Source: Flavobacterium sp.
Lineage (GTDB): Bacteria > Bacteroidota > Bacteroidia > Flavobacteriales > Flavobacteriaceae
Direction of reading: 5' to 3'
DNA: 64,000 bases
NCBI GenBank assembly: GCA_043771555.1
Contig: JAYVHB010000069.1
Span: forward strand, 1,196-65,195
Part shown: positions 1-9,051 of the stretch, one piece after another
Layout of the letters: every line of letters starts with the position of its first letter
How positions within the stretch are numbered: the first letter of the stretch is position 1
Notes under the pieces: model-generated
Seen by the model: only the letters and a program-made list of their open reading frames with translations
Databases searched by the model: none
Told to the model about the DNA's origin: nothing
Program-made: the position numbers and the translations under genes

Positions 1-939
1 CACTGCGAAATTTATAACACAAAACCATGGTCGTACAAGGATTTACCAAAGCGTTATGCTGAATTTGGTACTGTATATAGGTATGAACAAAGTGGCGAGT
101 TGCATGGACTTACTCGTGTGCGTGGGTTTACGCAAGATGATGCGCATATTTTTTGTACGCCAGACCAATTGGATCAAGAATTTAAAAATGTGATTGACTT
201 GGTTTTATATGTTTTTGGATCGTTAGGATTTGAAAATTTTACGGCTCAAATATCGTTGCGCGATCAAGAAAATAGAGAAAAATATATTGGTAGTGACGAA
301 AACTGGGAAAAAGCAGAAAATGCTATCATTAATGCCGCTGCCGACAAAGGATTGAAAACAGTTGTCGCTTATGGCGAAGCAGCTTTTTATGGTCCGAAAT
401 TGGACTTTATGGTTAAGGACGCTTTAGGAAGACAATGGCAATTGGGAACGATTCAGGTAGATTATAATTTGCCAGAACGTTTTGAATTGACTTATAAAGG
501 TTCTGATAATGAGTTGCATACGCCAGTAATGATTCACCGTGCGCCATTTGGAAGTATGGAGCGATTTATAGCGATTTTGATAGAACATACAGCAGGAAAT
601 TTCCCGCTTTGGTTGATGCCAGAACAAGCATTAATTTTATGTTTGAGCGATAAATATGAAAATTATGCTAAAAAAGTTTTAAATCTGCTAGAAAATCACG
701 ACATTCGCGCCCAAATTGATAATAGAAATGAATCGATTGGACGGAAAATTCGTGATGCCGAAATGCAAAAAACACCGTTTATGCTGATTTTGGGCGAAGA
801 AGAAGAGAAAAACAATACCATTTCTATTCGTCGTCATGGACAAGAAGGAAAAGGAAATGTGACGGTTTCGATAGAACAATTTACAAAAATTGTGAATGAC
901 GAAATCGGAAAAACATTAAAAACATTTAATATAGAATAA
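1..939 (+). CDS. thrS: Threonyl-tRNA synthetase, 5' end outside the window
   Basis: Frame is open from base 1 (HCEIY...[24 protein letters not shown]). Contains [11 protein letters not shown] and [13 protein letters not shown] motifs and the anticodon-binding domain. Lies upstream of infC. Confidence 0.97.
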   Translation, partial: HCEIYNTKPWSYKDLPKRYAEFGTVYRYEQSGELHGLTRVRGFTQDDAHIFCTPDQLDQEFKNVIDLVLYVFGSLGFENFTAQISLRDQENREKYIGSDENWEKAENAIINAAADKGLKTVVAYGEAAFYGPKLDFMVKDALGRQWQLGTIQVDYNLPERFELTYKGSDNELHTPVMIHRAPFGSMERFIAILIEHTAGNFPLWLMPEQALILCLSDKYENYAKKVLNLLENHDIRAQIDNRNESIGRKIRDAEMQKTPFMLILGEEEEKNNTISIRRHGQEGKGNVTVSIEQFTKIVNDEIGKTLKTFNIE

Positions 940-975
940 CCATTTGTCAAGAAGACAAATATAAATAATAGAGTC

Positions 976-1626
976 ATAGCAATAAGAAACAGTAGAGGGT
1001 ATCAACCTCGAGTAGAAAAGAAAGACGAGCACAGAATAAATAATTTTATTCGCGTTCCAGAAGTACGTCTAGTAGGAGAAAATGTAGAACCAGTGGTTAT
1101 GAAAACTTCTGAGGCTATGAAACTTGCCGACCAATTGGAGTTGGACTTAGTAGAAATTTCTCCCAACGCAGAGCCACCTGTATGTAAAATCATGGACTAT
1201 AAAAAGTTCGTCTACATGCAGAAGAAACGTGAGAAGGAACTAAAAGCAAAATCTACTCAGATTGTTGTGAAAGAAATTCGTTTCGGACCACAAACCGATG
1301 AGCATGATTATGAATTTAAAAGAAAAAATGCAGAAAAATTCCTAAAAGAAGGATCAAAACTAAAAGCATTTGTATTTTTCAAAGGAAGATCCATCATCTA
1401 TAAAGATCAAGGGCAAATCTTGTTATTAAGACTTGCTACCGATCTTGAAGAATATGGAAAAGTAGAAGCCATGCCCGTTCTTGAAGGAAAAAGAATGATC
1501 ATGTTTATTGCTCCAAAAAAAGGCAAAACGTCACAACCTGCGCCAAAAGCAAAAGATAGTCAACCAAGACCACCAGCTAAAACTGCAGAAGTTAAACCTG
1601 CAGTAGATAACGAGGTAAAAGAATAA
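976..1626 (+). CDS. infC: Translation initiation factor IF-3, probable non-canonical ATA start
   Basis: Frame is open upstream of the called GTG at 1093, back to ATA at 976: (M)[35 protein letters not shown]...[20 protein letters not shown]. thrS-infC-rpmI-rplT synteny. Confidence 0.93.
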   Translation: MAIRNSRGYQPRVEKKDEHRINNFIRVPEVRLVGENVEPVVMKTSEAMKLADQLELDLVEISPNAEPPVCKIMDYKKFVYMQKKREKELKAKSTQIVVKEIRFGPQTDEHDYEFKRKNAEKFLKEGSKLKAFVFFKGRSIIYKDQGQILLLRLATDLEEYGKVEAMPVLEGKRMIMFIAPKKGKTSQPAPKAKDSQPRPPAKTAEVKPAVDNEVKE

Positions 1627-1632
1627 GAAATA

Positions 1633-1683
1633 AGTCGACAGTCGCAGATTTCAGTTTTTTGCTGAAAACCGAGACTGAAAACT
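1633..1683. repeat. Imperfect hairpin built from 6-7-nt CAGT/ACTG-periodic units
   Basis: agtcgacagtcgcagatttcagt ... gctgaaaaccgagactgaaaact; a related copy lies at 1921-1976. Confidence 0.6.
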
Positions 1684-1724
1684 AAAAATAAGTAAGTAAG
1701 AATAAATTAAAAATCTAGGAAAAA

Positions 1725-1922
1725 ATGCCTAAAATGAAAACCAAATCTAGTGCCAAGAAACGATTTAAAGTTACTGGTTCTGGAAAAATTAAAAGAAAAC
1801 ACGCTTTCAAGAGTCACATCTTGACCAAAAAATCTAAAAAGCGTAAATTAGCGTTGACACACTCAGCACTAGTTCACAAAACAGATATGAAAAGTATCAA
1901 ACAACAATTAAGGATAATCTAG
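1725..1922 (+). CDS. rpmI: 50S ribosomal protein L35
   Basis: [24 protein letters not shown]...HILTKKS. Confidence 0.98.
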   Translation: MPKMKTKSSAKKRFKVTGSGKIKRKHAFKSHILTKKSKKRKLALTHSALVHKTDMKSIKQQLRII

Positions 1923-1976
1923 TATTCAGTTTGCAGTATCAGTAAGCAGTATACTCTGTGAACTGAGACTGAAAAC
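1921..1976. repeat. Imperfect hairpin built from 6-7-nt CAGT/ACTG-periodic units
   Basis: agtattcagtttgcagtatcagtaagcagt ... ctgtgaactgagactgaaaact. Confidence 0.6.
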
Positions 1977-2082
1977 TTAATTCTTTCCTTTAGGTTAAAA
2001 CAATTTTAAATAACCTTGGAGTGGGCCATTAAGTACTTTCGATTCAATTCAAGTCGCCTTACTACAAAAAAACATCAAAATT

Positions 2083-2427
2083 ATGCCAAGAGCAGTAAAC
2101 TCGGTTGCTAAAAGAGCACGAAGAAAAAAAATAATGAAACAAGCCAAAGGTTTCTTTGGTCGTCGTAAAAACGTTTGGACAGTTGCCAAAAACGCAGTAG
2201 AAAAAGCCATGTGCTATGCCTACCGTGACAGAAAGCAAAATAAGAGAAACTTCCGGGCACTTTGGATTCAGCGTATCAACGCAGGAGCTAGACTGGAAGG
2301 AATGTCTTATTCTCAATTTATGGGTAAAGTAAAAAAGCATAACATCGAATTGAACCGTAAAGTTCTTGCCGATCTTGCTATGAATCACCCAGTTGCCTTC
2401 AAAGCTGTACTTAATAAAGTAAAATAA
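2083..2427 (+). CDS. rplT: 50S ribosomal protein L20
   Basis: [25 protein letters not shown] and [10 protein letters not shown] motifs. Confidence 0.98.
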   Translation: MPRAVNSVAKRARRKKIMKQAKGFFGRRKNVWTVAKNAVEKAMCYAYRDRKQNKRNFRALWIQRINAGARLEGMSYSQFMGKVKKHNIELNRKVLADLAMNHPVAFKAVLNKVK

Positions 2428-2461
2428 ACGTTTTATCAACAACAATTTACTTCTTACTTAT

Positions 2462-2495
2462 AAAAATCCCAGTCGCAAGATTGGGATTTTTTTTT
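2462..2495 (+). terminator. Rho-independent terminator of the thrS-rplT operon
   Basis: aaaaatcccagtc-gcaa-gattgggattttt followed by a T run. Confidence 0.85.
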
Positions 2496-2602
2496 GGAGC
2501 ACAAACATTTTCGCTTTTTTTCAAGATCCTTCCCGCTATCATCCCAAATCTTTTATTTTTAAAAAGAAAAAATAAAAGGATTTTCCTTTCTATCGGGGCT
2601 AG
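2496..2602 (+). repeat. Dispersed structured intergenic repeat (GGAGC...TCCCGCT...ATCGGGGCTAG family)
   Basis: Shares termini and the core ATCTT-hairpin-AAGGAT with copies at 30283, 37889 and 50629. Confidence 0.75.
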
Positions 2603-2631
2603 ACTAGAAAGCTTGCGAATTCTTTCAAGAT

Positions 2632-4209
2632 TTACTTTTTGATAACTTTTTTTACTATAACACCTTTTTCGGTTGTGATTTTCACAAAATAAATTCCCGC
2701 ACTTTGTGCAGACATATCAAGTTTGATTGAAACCAAATTTCCTAAAACAGCATAAATAGCAATTTCTTTTACAAGAATCTGTAACGGATTTATAATCGAT
2801 AGTGAACCATTCGTAGGATTAGGAACAATGCTGATTTTGTTCTCAAATTCAAAACTTGAATTAGCCAAAAGATTCACTTCAGTACAATCTGAAATACTTT
2901 CGCAACCATTGGTAGTCATAAAAACGGCATAACTTCCGCTAACTAGTGGTGTATAACTTTGCGAATTGGCACCTTGAATTACAGCGTTATTATTACCACA
3001 ATCAACCCATTGATAGGTCGTTCCTGTCAAAGTTCTATCGGTAGTTAAAGTTGTTCCTTCTAGCGTAACACCAGTTGTATAAAGATTTTGCGTATCGGTA
3101 ATAGTTACAGGAATAGTAATCGAATTTACTTGTGCTGGATTACAAAATGCATTTGTTGCTGTCAAAGTTACCTGACTTATTCCTGGACACGAAAAATTAT
3201 GAGTGGGATTTACAGCAGTAGACGTTGGAGTTCCATCACCAAAATTCCAAACCAAACTATCGTAGTTGTTACTCAAATTGATAAAAGAAACCGATGCATT
3301 TCCTGTAACAGGATTAATATCACTTGTTAACGGAAAAAAAGCAAAGAAAGCATTAGGTGACAAGCAACGAGGAATATCAAAATAGCTAATGTTAGTCGCA
3401 ACAAACTGTCCTCCTACTTCATTGCCGTCGACTTGCAATACCGGAATTCCATATGCCTTGTCGAACCACTGGTAGGAAATCGTCGTTATAGTGTTTTGGG
3501 TTGGTGTTCCGTTTAAAGTAACTGTAATATCATTTACCAAAGTAGTCTTTAGTTTCAAGACATTTGCAAAAACACCAAAAGGCGTTGTAAGTGCTCCCCA
3601 ACCTTCTACTACATTGGTTCGTATGCCGTTAGAAGCATATTGCAACGGCACATTGAGATTCGTTAAGTCTAGATTCAAAGTGCTGTTGTTAGTATAAGTA
3701 CTCGAATAAGTTATCGGGAACTGATACAATTTATCGGGAATTTGATACGAAGCTGCAAATGGCACTGTTGCTCCATTAAGAGTAATCGCTGCACCAATCA
3801 TTTTATTTTCGAGTGCTGTAGTTGATAATTTAAGATGATCAATAATATTTGTCAATCCATTACCTTGTATCACTATACCATTAGAAAGTTTTGTTGCCAA
3901 ATTAAAATTATTATTAAATTGCGTGTTGCAATTAAATAAAAATCCGTTGAGAAAACACCAAATGTTTTTATAACCAGCCGTATTTGGGTTTTGAAATTGT
4001 ATTGTTTCTTGCGTGCTAGGCACTAGTGCGCTATAATCCCACGAAAAATTTGCGCCCGTTTGCACAAAATTATTGCCAATCAATCCTGTTGCAGAATGAC
4101 TTACCAAGAACGATTCGGTTTGTGAAGCATAATCGGTAGACAAATACGTTACTTGAGAAAACGAAGTTATAGAGAAAATAAAAAAGGTATAGTGTAAAAG
4201 TTTTTTCAT
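2632..4209 (-). CDS. Secreted PKD-domain protein with T9SS type A C-terminal sorting domain
   Basis: Signal peptide MKKLLH...SFSQ; PKD motif WNFGDGT...NPTH; C-terminal VPNPTNG...GIYFVKI...KVIKK. Confidence 0.85.
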   Translation of the reverse strand: MKKLLHYTFFIFSITSFSQVTYLSTDYASQTESFLVSHSATGLIGNNFVQTGANFSWDYSALVPSTQETIQFQNPNTAGYKNIWCFLNGFLFNCNTQFNNNFNLATKLSNGIVIQGNGLTNIIDHLKLSTTALENKMIGAAITLNGATVPFAASYQIPDKLYQFPITYSSTYTNNSTLNLDLTNLNVPLQYASNGIRTNVVEGWGALTTPFGVFANVLKLKTTLVNDITVTLNGTPTQNTITTISYQWFDKAYGIPVLQVDGNEVGGQFVATNISYFDIPRCLSPNAFFAFFPLTSDINPVTGNASVSFINLSNNYDSLVWNFGDGTPTSTAVNPTHNFSCPGISQVTLTATNAFCNPAQVNSITIPVTITDTQNLYTTGVTLEGTTLTTDRTLTGTTYQWVDCGNNNAVIQGANSQSYTPLVSGSYAVFMTTNGCESISDCTEVNLLANSSFEFENKISIVPNPTNGSLSIINPLQILVKEIAIYAVLGNLVSIKLDMSAQSAGIYFVKITTEKGVIVKKVIKK

Positions 4210-4322
4210 AGTAATTTGCATAAAATAATTTCAAAGGAAAGAAAAATTGATTTGATTTACAAGAGTTTAGTACAACAGTTAAAAATTATGGCTTTAATCT
4301 AAAATTCATATTCATTTTTTTT

Positions 4323-4450
4323 GCCACAAATTCACGAATTTTAACACTTATATTTTGATTATTATTCCTAAAATTTCGTTTTAATTCGAATGTTCATCAA
4401 AGATGAGCGAATATTCTTAAAACAAATTTTAAAATTCGTGAATTTGTGGC
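4323..4450. repeat. 128-bp element bounded by perfect 22-bp inverted repeats (REPIN/MITE-like)
   Basis: gccacaaattcacgaattttaa (4323-4344) is the exact reverse complement of 4429-4450. A related half-site lies near 5395. Confidence 0.75.
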
Positions 4451-4482
4451 TTATTTAAATATTTTTTAGATCATAGCCAAAA

Positions 4483-5355
4483 TTATTTAGAAGGAAAACT
4501 AAATTTATGAATTTTTTGCGCTCTGTTTATCCACAAAAATTTTAGTTTCTCATTAGTTATGGTGTAGGTTTTTCCGTCGCTGGTCGTGATGGCTTCAATT
4601 TGCTGAAAACGAGGTTTTAGTTTGTATTTGATGTTTTTTCCAGCAAAGAAATTTGTTCCTTCAAAATCTGAAAAAACGGTTGCAAATGGTCTGCCGTTTC
4701 GCGTATATCCGCACAAAGCCAGTTGATTTTTGGGCTCGTAAAAACTGGCACCACAAACCAAGCCTTTTATATTGAAACTATTTTTTTTGCTAGCACTATA
4801 TTTTCCTGCGGTTTTTGGTAAAGTATAAATCGTTGTTTGTTTGCTTTTCCATTCTTTCGAAAATAGAAAAATACTGTCGCCAACTACTATCATGGCTTCA
4901 CAGTCAAAGTTGGTTTGGTTGGGTTTTTGCGTTTCAAAATCAGTTTGATTGGAGTACGAAAAATCGATGTGTTCGATACTTGGTTTTCGCTCTAAAACCG
5001 ATTGTTTGGCAACTTTCAGAATATGCAAATCTTGGCGATTTCCTACGGCATTATTACCAAAATCGCCTACATAAAAATGGGTTTCGTCTTGGGCTATTTC
5101 TTCCCAATCGGTATTTTTTTTGTTTGGTAACTTGTAGGTTTCGAGTATTGCACCAGTTATGGTATCGAGCGCATACAAATTGCAATCCGTATCGTCGTTG
5201 TGTGTCCAAAAGCGGTTGTTAAACTTGATCAAACCTGAAGTTTCGTGGAGTTGATTGTCGAGCTGATGCGATTGGTTTGCTTTTATTTTTTTACAAAAAA
5301 CCTTTTGCGCCGAAAGGTTTGCAGTGATTAGGAAAAGTAAAACAACGGTTTTCAA
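4483..5355 (-). CDS. Conserved secreted hypothetical protein, probable beta-propeller
   Basis: Signal peptide (TTG start); ETSGL, WTHND, DWEEIA, YVGDFGNN, FDCEA and QIEAI motifs. Confidence 0.7.
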   Translation of the reverse strand: MKTVVLLFLITANLSAQKVFCKKIKANQSHQLDNQLHETSGLIKFNNRFWTHNDDTDCNLYALDTITGAILETYKLPNKKNTDWEEIAQDETHFYVGDFGNNAVGNRQDLHILKVAKQSVLERKPSIEHIDFSYSNQTDFETQKPNQTNFDCEAMIVVGDSIFLFSKEWKSKQTTIYTLPKTAGKYSASKKNSFNIKGLVCGASFYEPKNQLALCGYTRNGRPFATVFSDFEGTNFFAGKNIKYKLKPRFQQIEAITTSDGKTYTITNEKLKFLWINRAQKIHKFSFPSK

Positions 5356-5604
5356 AATTGGCTTTTTTAATTGGAAACCAAAGATATTTTTTTAGCCACA
5401 AATTTCACAAATTTTCACAAATTTTTTACTTCATGAAATCATAAAAAAAATAAATAGAAAGGAAAGCTGCATTTTATTAAACTTTTGTAGCCACAACGAA
5501 ACCAACTTAAATGAACTTAAATAATTTATATGTTTCAAGAATAACGATTCCCGAAAATAATACCCCTACCTTGCCACAACTTGTCAATTCAGGTAAACGT
5601 TCTT

Positions 5605-6198
5605 ATGGAAACTCCTTTTGAAACCTTGATTGCAAGTTATATTGAAAATAAAGTAGGAATTTCGGAACATTTTTTGAGCAACGAACTCGCCAATCATCTC
5701 AAACAAAATTTACTTTCGCTCAACGATTCAGAGCAACTTTTAACAGCAGGAACTGGCAACGACAACAAACTCGTGCATAATGCCAAAGTGCGCAGCGACA
5801 CCATTTATTGGTTGGACAAAAAACATAATAATACTCACGAAAATGCTTTTTTTTCACAAATCGAAGCGTTTATTGTATATCTCAACCAAAGTTGTTATGC
5901 CGGAATCACCGATTATGAATTTCATTATTCGTTATACGAAAAAGGAAGTTTTTACAAAAAACACCTCGACCAGTTTCAAGATAATTCTAGCCGACAATTC
6001 TCAATGATTAGTTACCTCAACAGCAATTGGCAAACCCAAGATGGTGGCGAATTATTGATTCATCAGTTGGGAAATAACCAAACGATTGCACCCACGCAAG
6101 GCAAGACGGTTTTCTTTAAAAGCAATGAGTTGGAACACGAAGTTTTAGAGACTAACGAGAGAAGGATGAGTGTTACGGGTTGGTTGAAGAGGGGTTAA
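5605..6198 (+). CDS. 2OG-Fe(II) oxygenase (SM-20/prolyl-hydroxylase-like)
   Basis: VRSDTIYWL, FYKKHLD (HxD), DGGELL and HEVL...RMSVTGW motifs; ATG at 5605 preferred over TTG at 5581. Confidence 0.88.
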   Translation: METPFETLIASYIENKVGISEHFLSNELANHLKQNLLSLNDSEQLLTAGTGNDNKLVHNAKVRSDTIYWLDKKHNNTHENAFFSQIEAFIVYLNQSCYAGITDYEFHYSLYEKGSFYKKHLDQFQDNSSRQFSMISYLNSNWQTQDGGELLIHQLGNNQTIAPTQGKTVFFKSNELEHEVLETNERRMSVTGWLKRG

Positions 6199-6299
6199 AT
6201 TGAGTAAAAAAATTAAAAATAAAAATTTAATAAACAATTATATTTATTTCAATCAAAATCTTAAATTTGAATTAGGAAAAAATCATTTATATATTCAAT

Positions 6300-8936
6300 A
6301 TGACAATCAAAAATAAGCGAATAACTGATAGTGAAATAACTGAAACACTATCAAAAGTATCTCAAAAACCAACTGCATTTAGTGGTCAAAATTTCCCGTT
6401 TACAGATTTAAATGATAGAACATTTGAAATTTTACTTTATCAAATATTTAAATTAAGAATTGAGACGAACGATTTCACTTTAAATGAAAAATTTGATGAT
6501 GTATTTCTTATGCAAGGAATTGGTGAGAGAGGTCGTGATTGTTTTTTGACAAAAAAAGGTAAAAATGTTGGTTTAATCCAATGCAAACAAGTAAAAAATA
6601 ATTTAACTAAACCTGATATCATAAGAGAGATTCTTAAATTCGTTTTACATTATTTAGTTGATAAGAGTTTAATTTCAGATATAAATAACTTTAATTATTT
6701 TTTTGCTGTATCAAAGGGTTTTGCTGAAACTTCTATAAATTTATTTGCTGATTTCAATAAAAAAATAAAGTCCGAAGATTTAAAAAAATATTGTGAAGAA
6801 TTAAAATTAAAATATAAGAGTCTAAGTTTAATTGATTATGAAATAAATAAAAATGAAATCAACAAAGTTTTAAGTAAAATAAATGTTAAACCAATTATCC
6901 CATCTGATTTAAATAAATTTCTTATTGAGCATGATACAATAATAAAAAACTTTTTTAAAGTATTAACAGTAACTGATAATACACTTTTAGAAAGTATTAT
7001 AGATATATATTTATCACCTATTTTAAATAAAATTATTCCTAATAAAGATAGAAATTATATTGATTTTTCATATAGATTTAAAGAATATCTTCAACGAGTT
7101 TACAATAATTATTCTTCTGCTCGAACTTTAGTATTTGGCAATCAACAAAAAAAATTAGAAGACTTTTATTATCCATTAAATTTAGAATGTAATATTGATG
7201 AAGATAATTCAAAAATATTAAATATTTGTACTTTAAAATATGAAGATGATTTTTTACCTGAATTTAAAAAAGTTCTAATTGTAGATAATGGAGGTATGGG
7301 GAAATCAACCATAATGAAATGGCTTTTTTTAAGTGTTATAAAATACAGAAAAGGAATTCCTATTTTTATTGAACTAAGAAAATTAAAAAACAAAAAAACA
7401 ATTATTGATGAGATTATTTCAGAGTTAAATCCAATAGACAAGATTATTGAAAAAGATGTTGTAACAGAATTAATTGCTCGAGGTAATTTTATTTTCTTTT
7501 TTGATGGTTTCGATGAAATTTCTGATGATGATAGAGAGTTTGTAACAAATGATTTACAGAATTTTATTTCTAAATCTTTTAAAAATTTATTTATTATGAC
7601 TTCAAGACCTGAAGTTGCACTAAATACTTTTAGTGATTTTAAGGAATTTAGAGTGAAAAAATTACTAAAAGAAGAAGCATTTGAATTAATTAAAAAAATT
7701 GGAAATAATGGCGAAAAATCACTAAGATTAATAAAAAAACTAAGTGAAAACAATTCTCATAATATTGATGATTTTCTCACAAGTCCACTTCTGGTCTCAT
7801 TGTTATATAAAAAATTCGAACATAGGGAAAACATTCCGTTACAATTACAAGAATTTTATTATGATGTTTTCGAAGCTTTATTTCAAGATCATGATTTAAC
7901 AAAAGGGGAAAGTTTTACAAGAAATAAAAAAACAAAATTAAGTTTCAATGATTTTTTCCAAGTTTTGAGGGAACTAGCATTTTATACTTTTAAAAAAGGA
8001 GAAATTGAATATAACGATGCAGTTTTATCAAAGTATATACAAACTATTTCCAAAAGATTGCCCAACATTAAGTTTAAGCCTATAGATTTTATTGATGATT
8101 TAGTTAAGTCAGTCCCACTTTTTAATAAGGAAGGACTTCAATATCGATGGTCTCATAAATCGTTCCAAGAATATTTCGCCTCTGAATTTATATGTAGAGA
8201 TTCCAAAGATAAACAAGTTGAAATTTTAAGTAATATGTATTATAGTGAGAAATCAGAGAGATATTCATTTGTATTCAGTTTGTGTTATGATATAGATTTT
8301 AAACCATTCAGAAAAGCAATAATTATACCTTACATAAAGGAGTTTATTTTTTTTTATGACAATTCGTTTAAATCATTATCAGAAAATTTATTATTTGATA
8401 AAATAGAGTTAGGGCTAAGAAAATCTATAACATTCAATAATTCATATTTGATTATTACAGAAAAAAACAAAAATTATAAGAATAATTTTTTGGCTAATCT
8501 AAAATTGGATGATATGTTTAATGGTCAAAAAATTGAAGGACATCCTGAATTTATTAAAGATGGATATAAATTAAAAACAATTTCTTTTTCAGAATACATT
8601 GTTTTGAAGTCTACTAAAAAATCAGATTTAATTGAATTATTAACTAATAAAAAAAGTGAATTAACTAAACCTTATAAAAATCAAAGAAATCATAAAATGG
8701 ATAATAATAATAATAATAATAATAACATTGAACTTCCAGAATTCGTTGTTATAGATGATTTTATTAATTTTTCAAATGATACTAATAAAAATTTAATTTT
8801 TTTTAATGAACTGATTTTAAATAACACTTTAAAAGGTGAAAACTATCTTGATATTGAAATATGTAGAAAATATTTGAAAAAGTTTTATGATGATAATTTA
8901 AATGAAAGCAATGACAACTATTCACAAGGATTCTAA
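6300..8936 (+). CDS. Mrr-like restriction-endonuclease domain fused to a NACHT (STAND) NTPase; candidate antiphage protein
   Basis: N-terminal FEILL...GERGRD...LIQCK; Walker A DNGGMGKST; Walker B FFFDGFDE; TSRP; SPLL; SHKSFQEYFAS. Visibly more AT-rich than its neighbours. Confidence 0.85.
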   Translation: MTIKNKRITDSEITETLSKVSQKPTAFSGQNFPFTDLNDRTFEILLYQIFKLRIETNDFTLNEKFDDVFLMQGIGERGRDCFLTKKGKNVGLIQCKQVKNNLTKPDIIREILKFVLHYLVDKSLISDINNFNYFFAVSKGFAETSINLFADFNKKIKSEDLKKYCEELKLKYKSLSLIDYEINKNEINKVLSKINVKPIIPSDLNKFLIEHDTIIKNFFKVLTVTDNTLLESIIDIYLSPILNKIIPNKDRNYIDFSYRFKEYLQRVYNNYSSARTLVFGNQQKKLEDFYYPLNLECNIDEDNSKILNICTLKYEDDFLPEFKKVLIVDNGGMGKSTIMKWLFLSVIKYRKGIPIFIELRKLKNKKTIIDEIISELNPIDKIIEKDVVTELIARGNFIFFFDGFDEISDDDREFVTNDLQNFISKSFKNLFIMTSRPEVALNTFSDFKEFRVKKLLKEEAFELIKKIGNNGEKSLRLIKKLSENNSHNIDDFLTSPLLVSLLYKKFEHRENIPLQLQEFYYDVFEALFQDHDLTKGESFTRNKKTKLSFNDFFQVLRELAFYTFKKGEIEYNDAVLSKYIQTISKRLPNIKFKPIDFIDDLVKSVPLFNKEGLQYRWSHKSFQEYFASEFICRDSKDKQVEILSNMYYSEKSERYSFVFSLCYDIDFKPFRKAIIIPYIKEFIFFYDNSFKSLSENLLFDKIELGLRKSITFNNSYLIITEKNKNYKNNFLANLKLDDMFNGQKIEGHPEFIKDGYKLKTISFSEYIVLKSTKKSDLIELLTNKKSELTKPYKNQRNHKMDNNNNNNNNIELPEFVVIDDFINFSNDTNKNLIFFNELILNNTLKGENYLDIEICRKYLKKFYDDNLNESNDNYSQGF
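8703..8726 (+). repeat. (AAT)7-AAC in-frame microsatellite encoding poly-Asn
   Basis: Encodes the 8-Asn run of MDNNNNNNNNIEL in the NACHT protein C-terminal region. Confidence 0.85.
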
Positions 8937-8940
8937 AACA

Positions 8941-8970
8941 AAAAAAACCTTCCATTTCTGAAAGGTTTTT
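8941..8970. terminator. Probable bidirectional terminator between the NACHT gene and icmF
   Basis: aaaaacctt...aaggttttt hairpin flanked by A and T runs. Confidence 0.55.
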
Positions 8971-9051
8971 GAAAAATTATTTAAAAGTCTCGCTATTATA
9001 CGAGATAAGCAATTCGCACAAAATCTTTGAAAAAAAAAAGTGGCTCTCTGC

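Noticed and set aside
937-978. thrS-infC stop-codon readthrough fusion (same frame, single TAA)
   Set aside because: Sharing a frame is a one-in-three coincidence, TAA is an efficient stop, and both proteins are complete on their own.
7169-7753. 194-aa antisense ORF inside the NACHT gene
   Set aside because: Ser/Phe/Ile-rich antisense shadow typical of AT-rich coding DNA; no motif.
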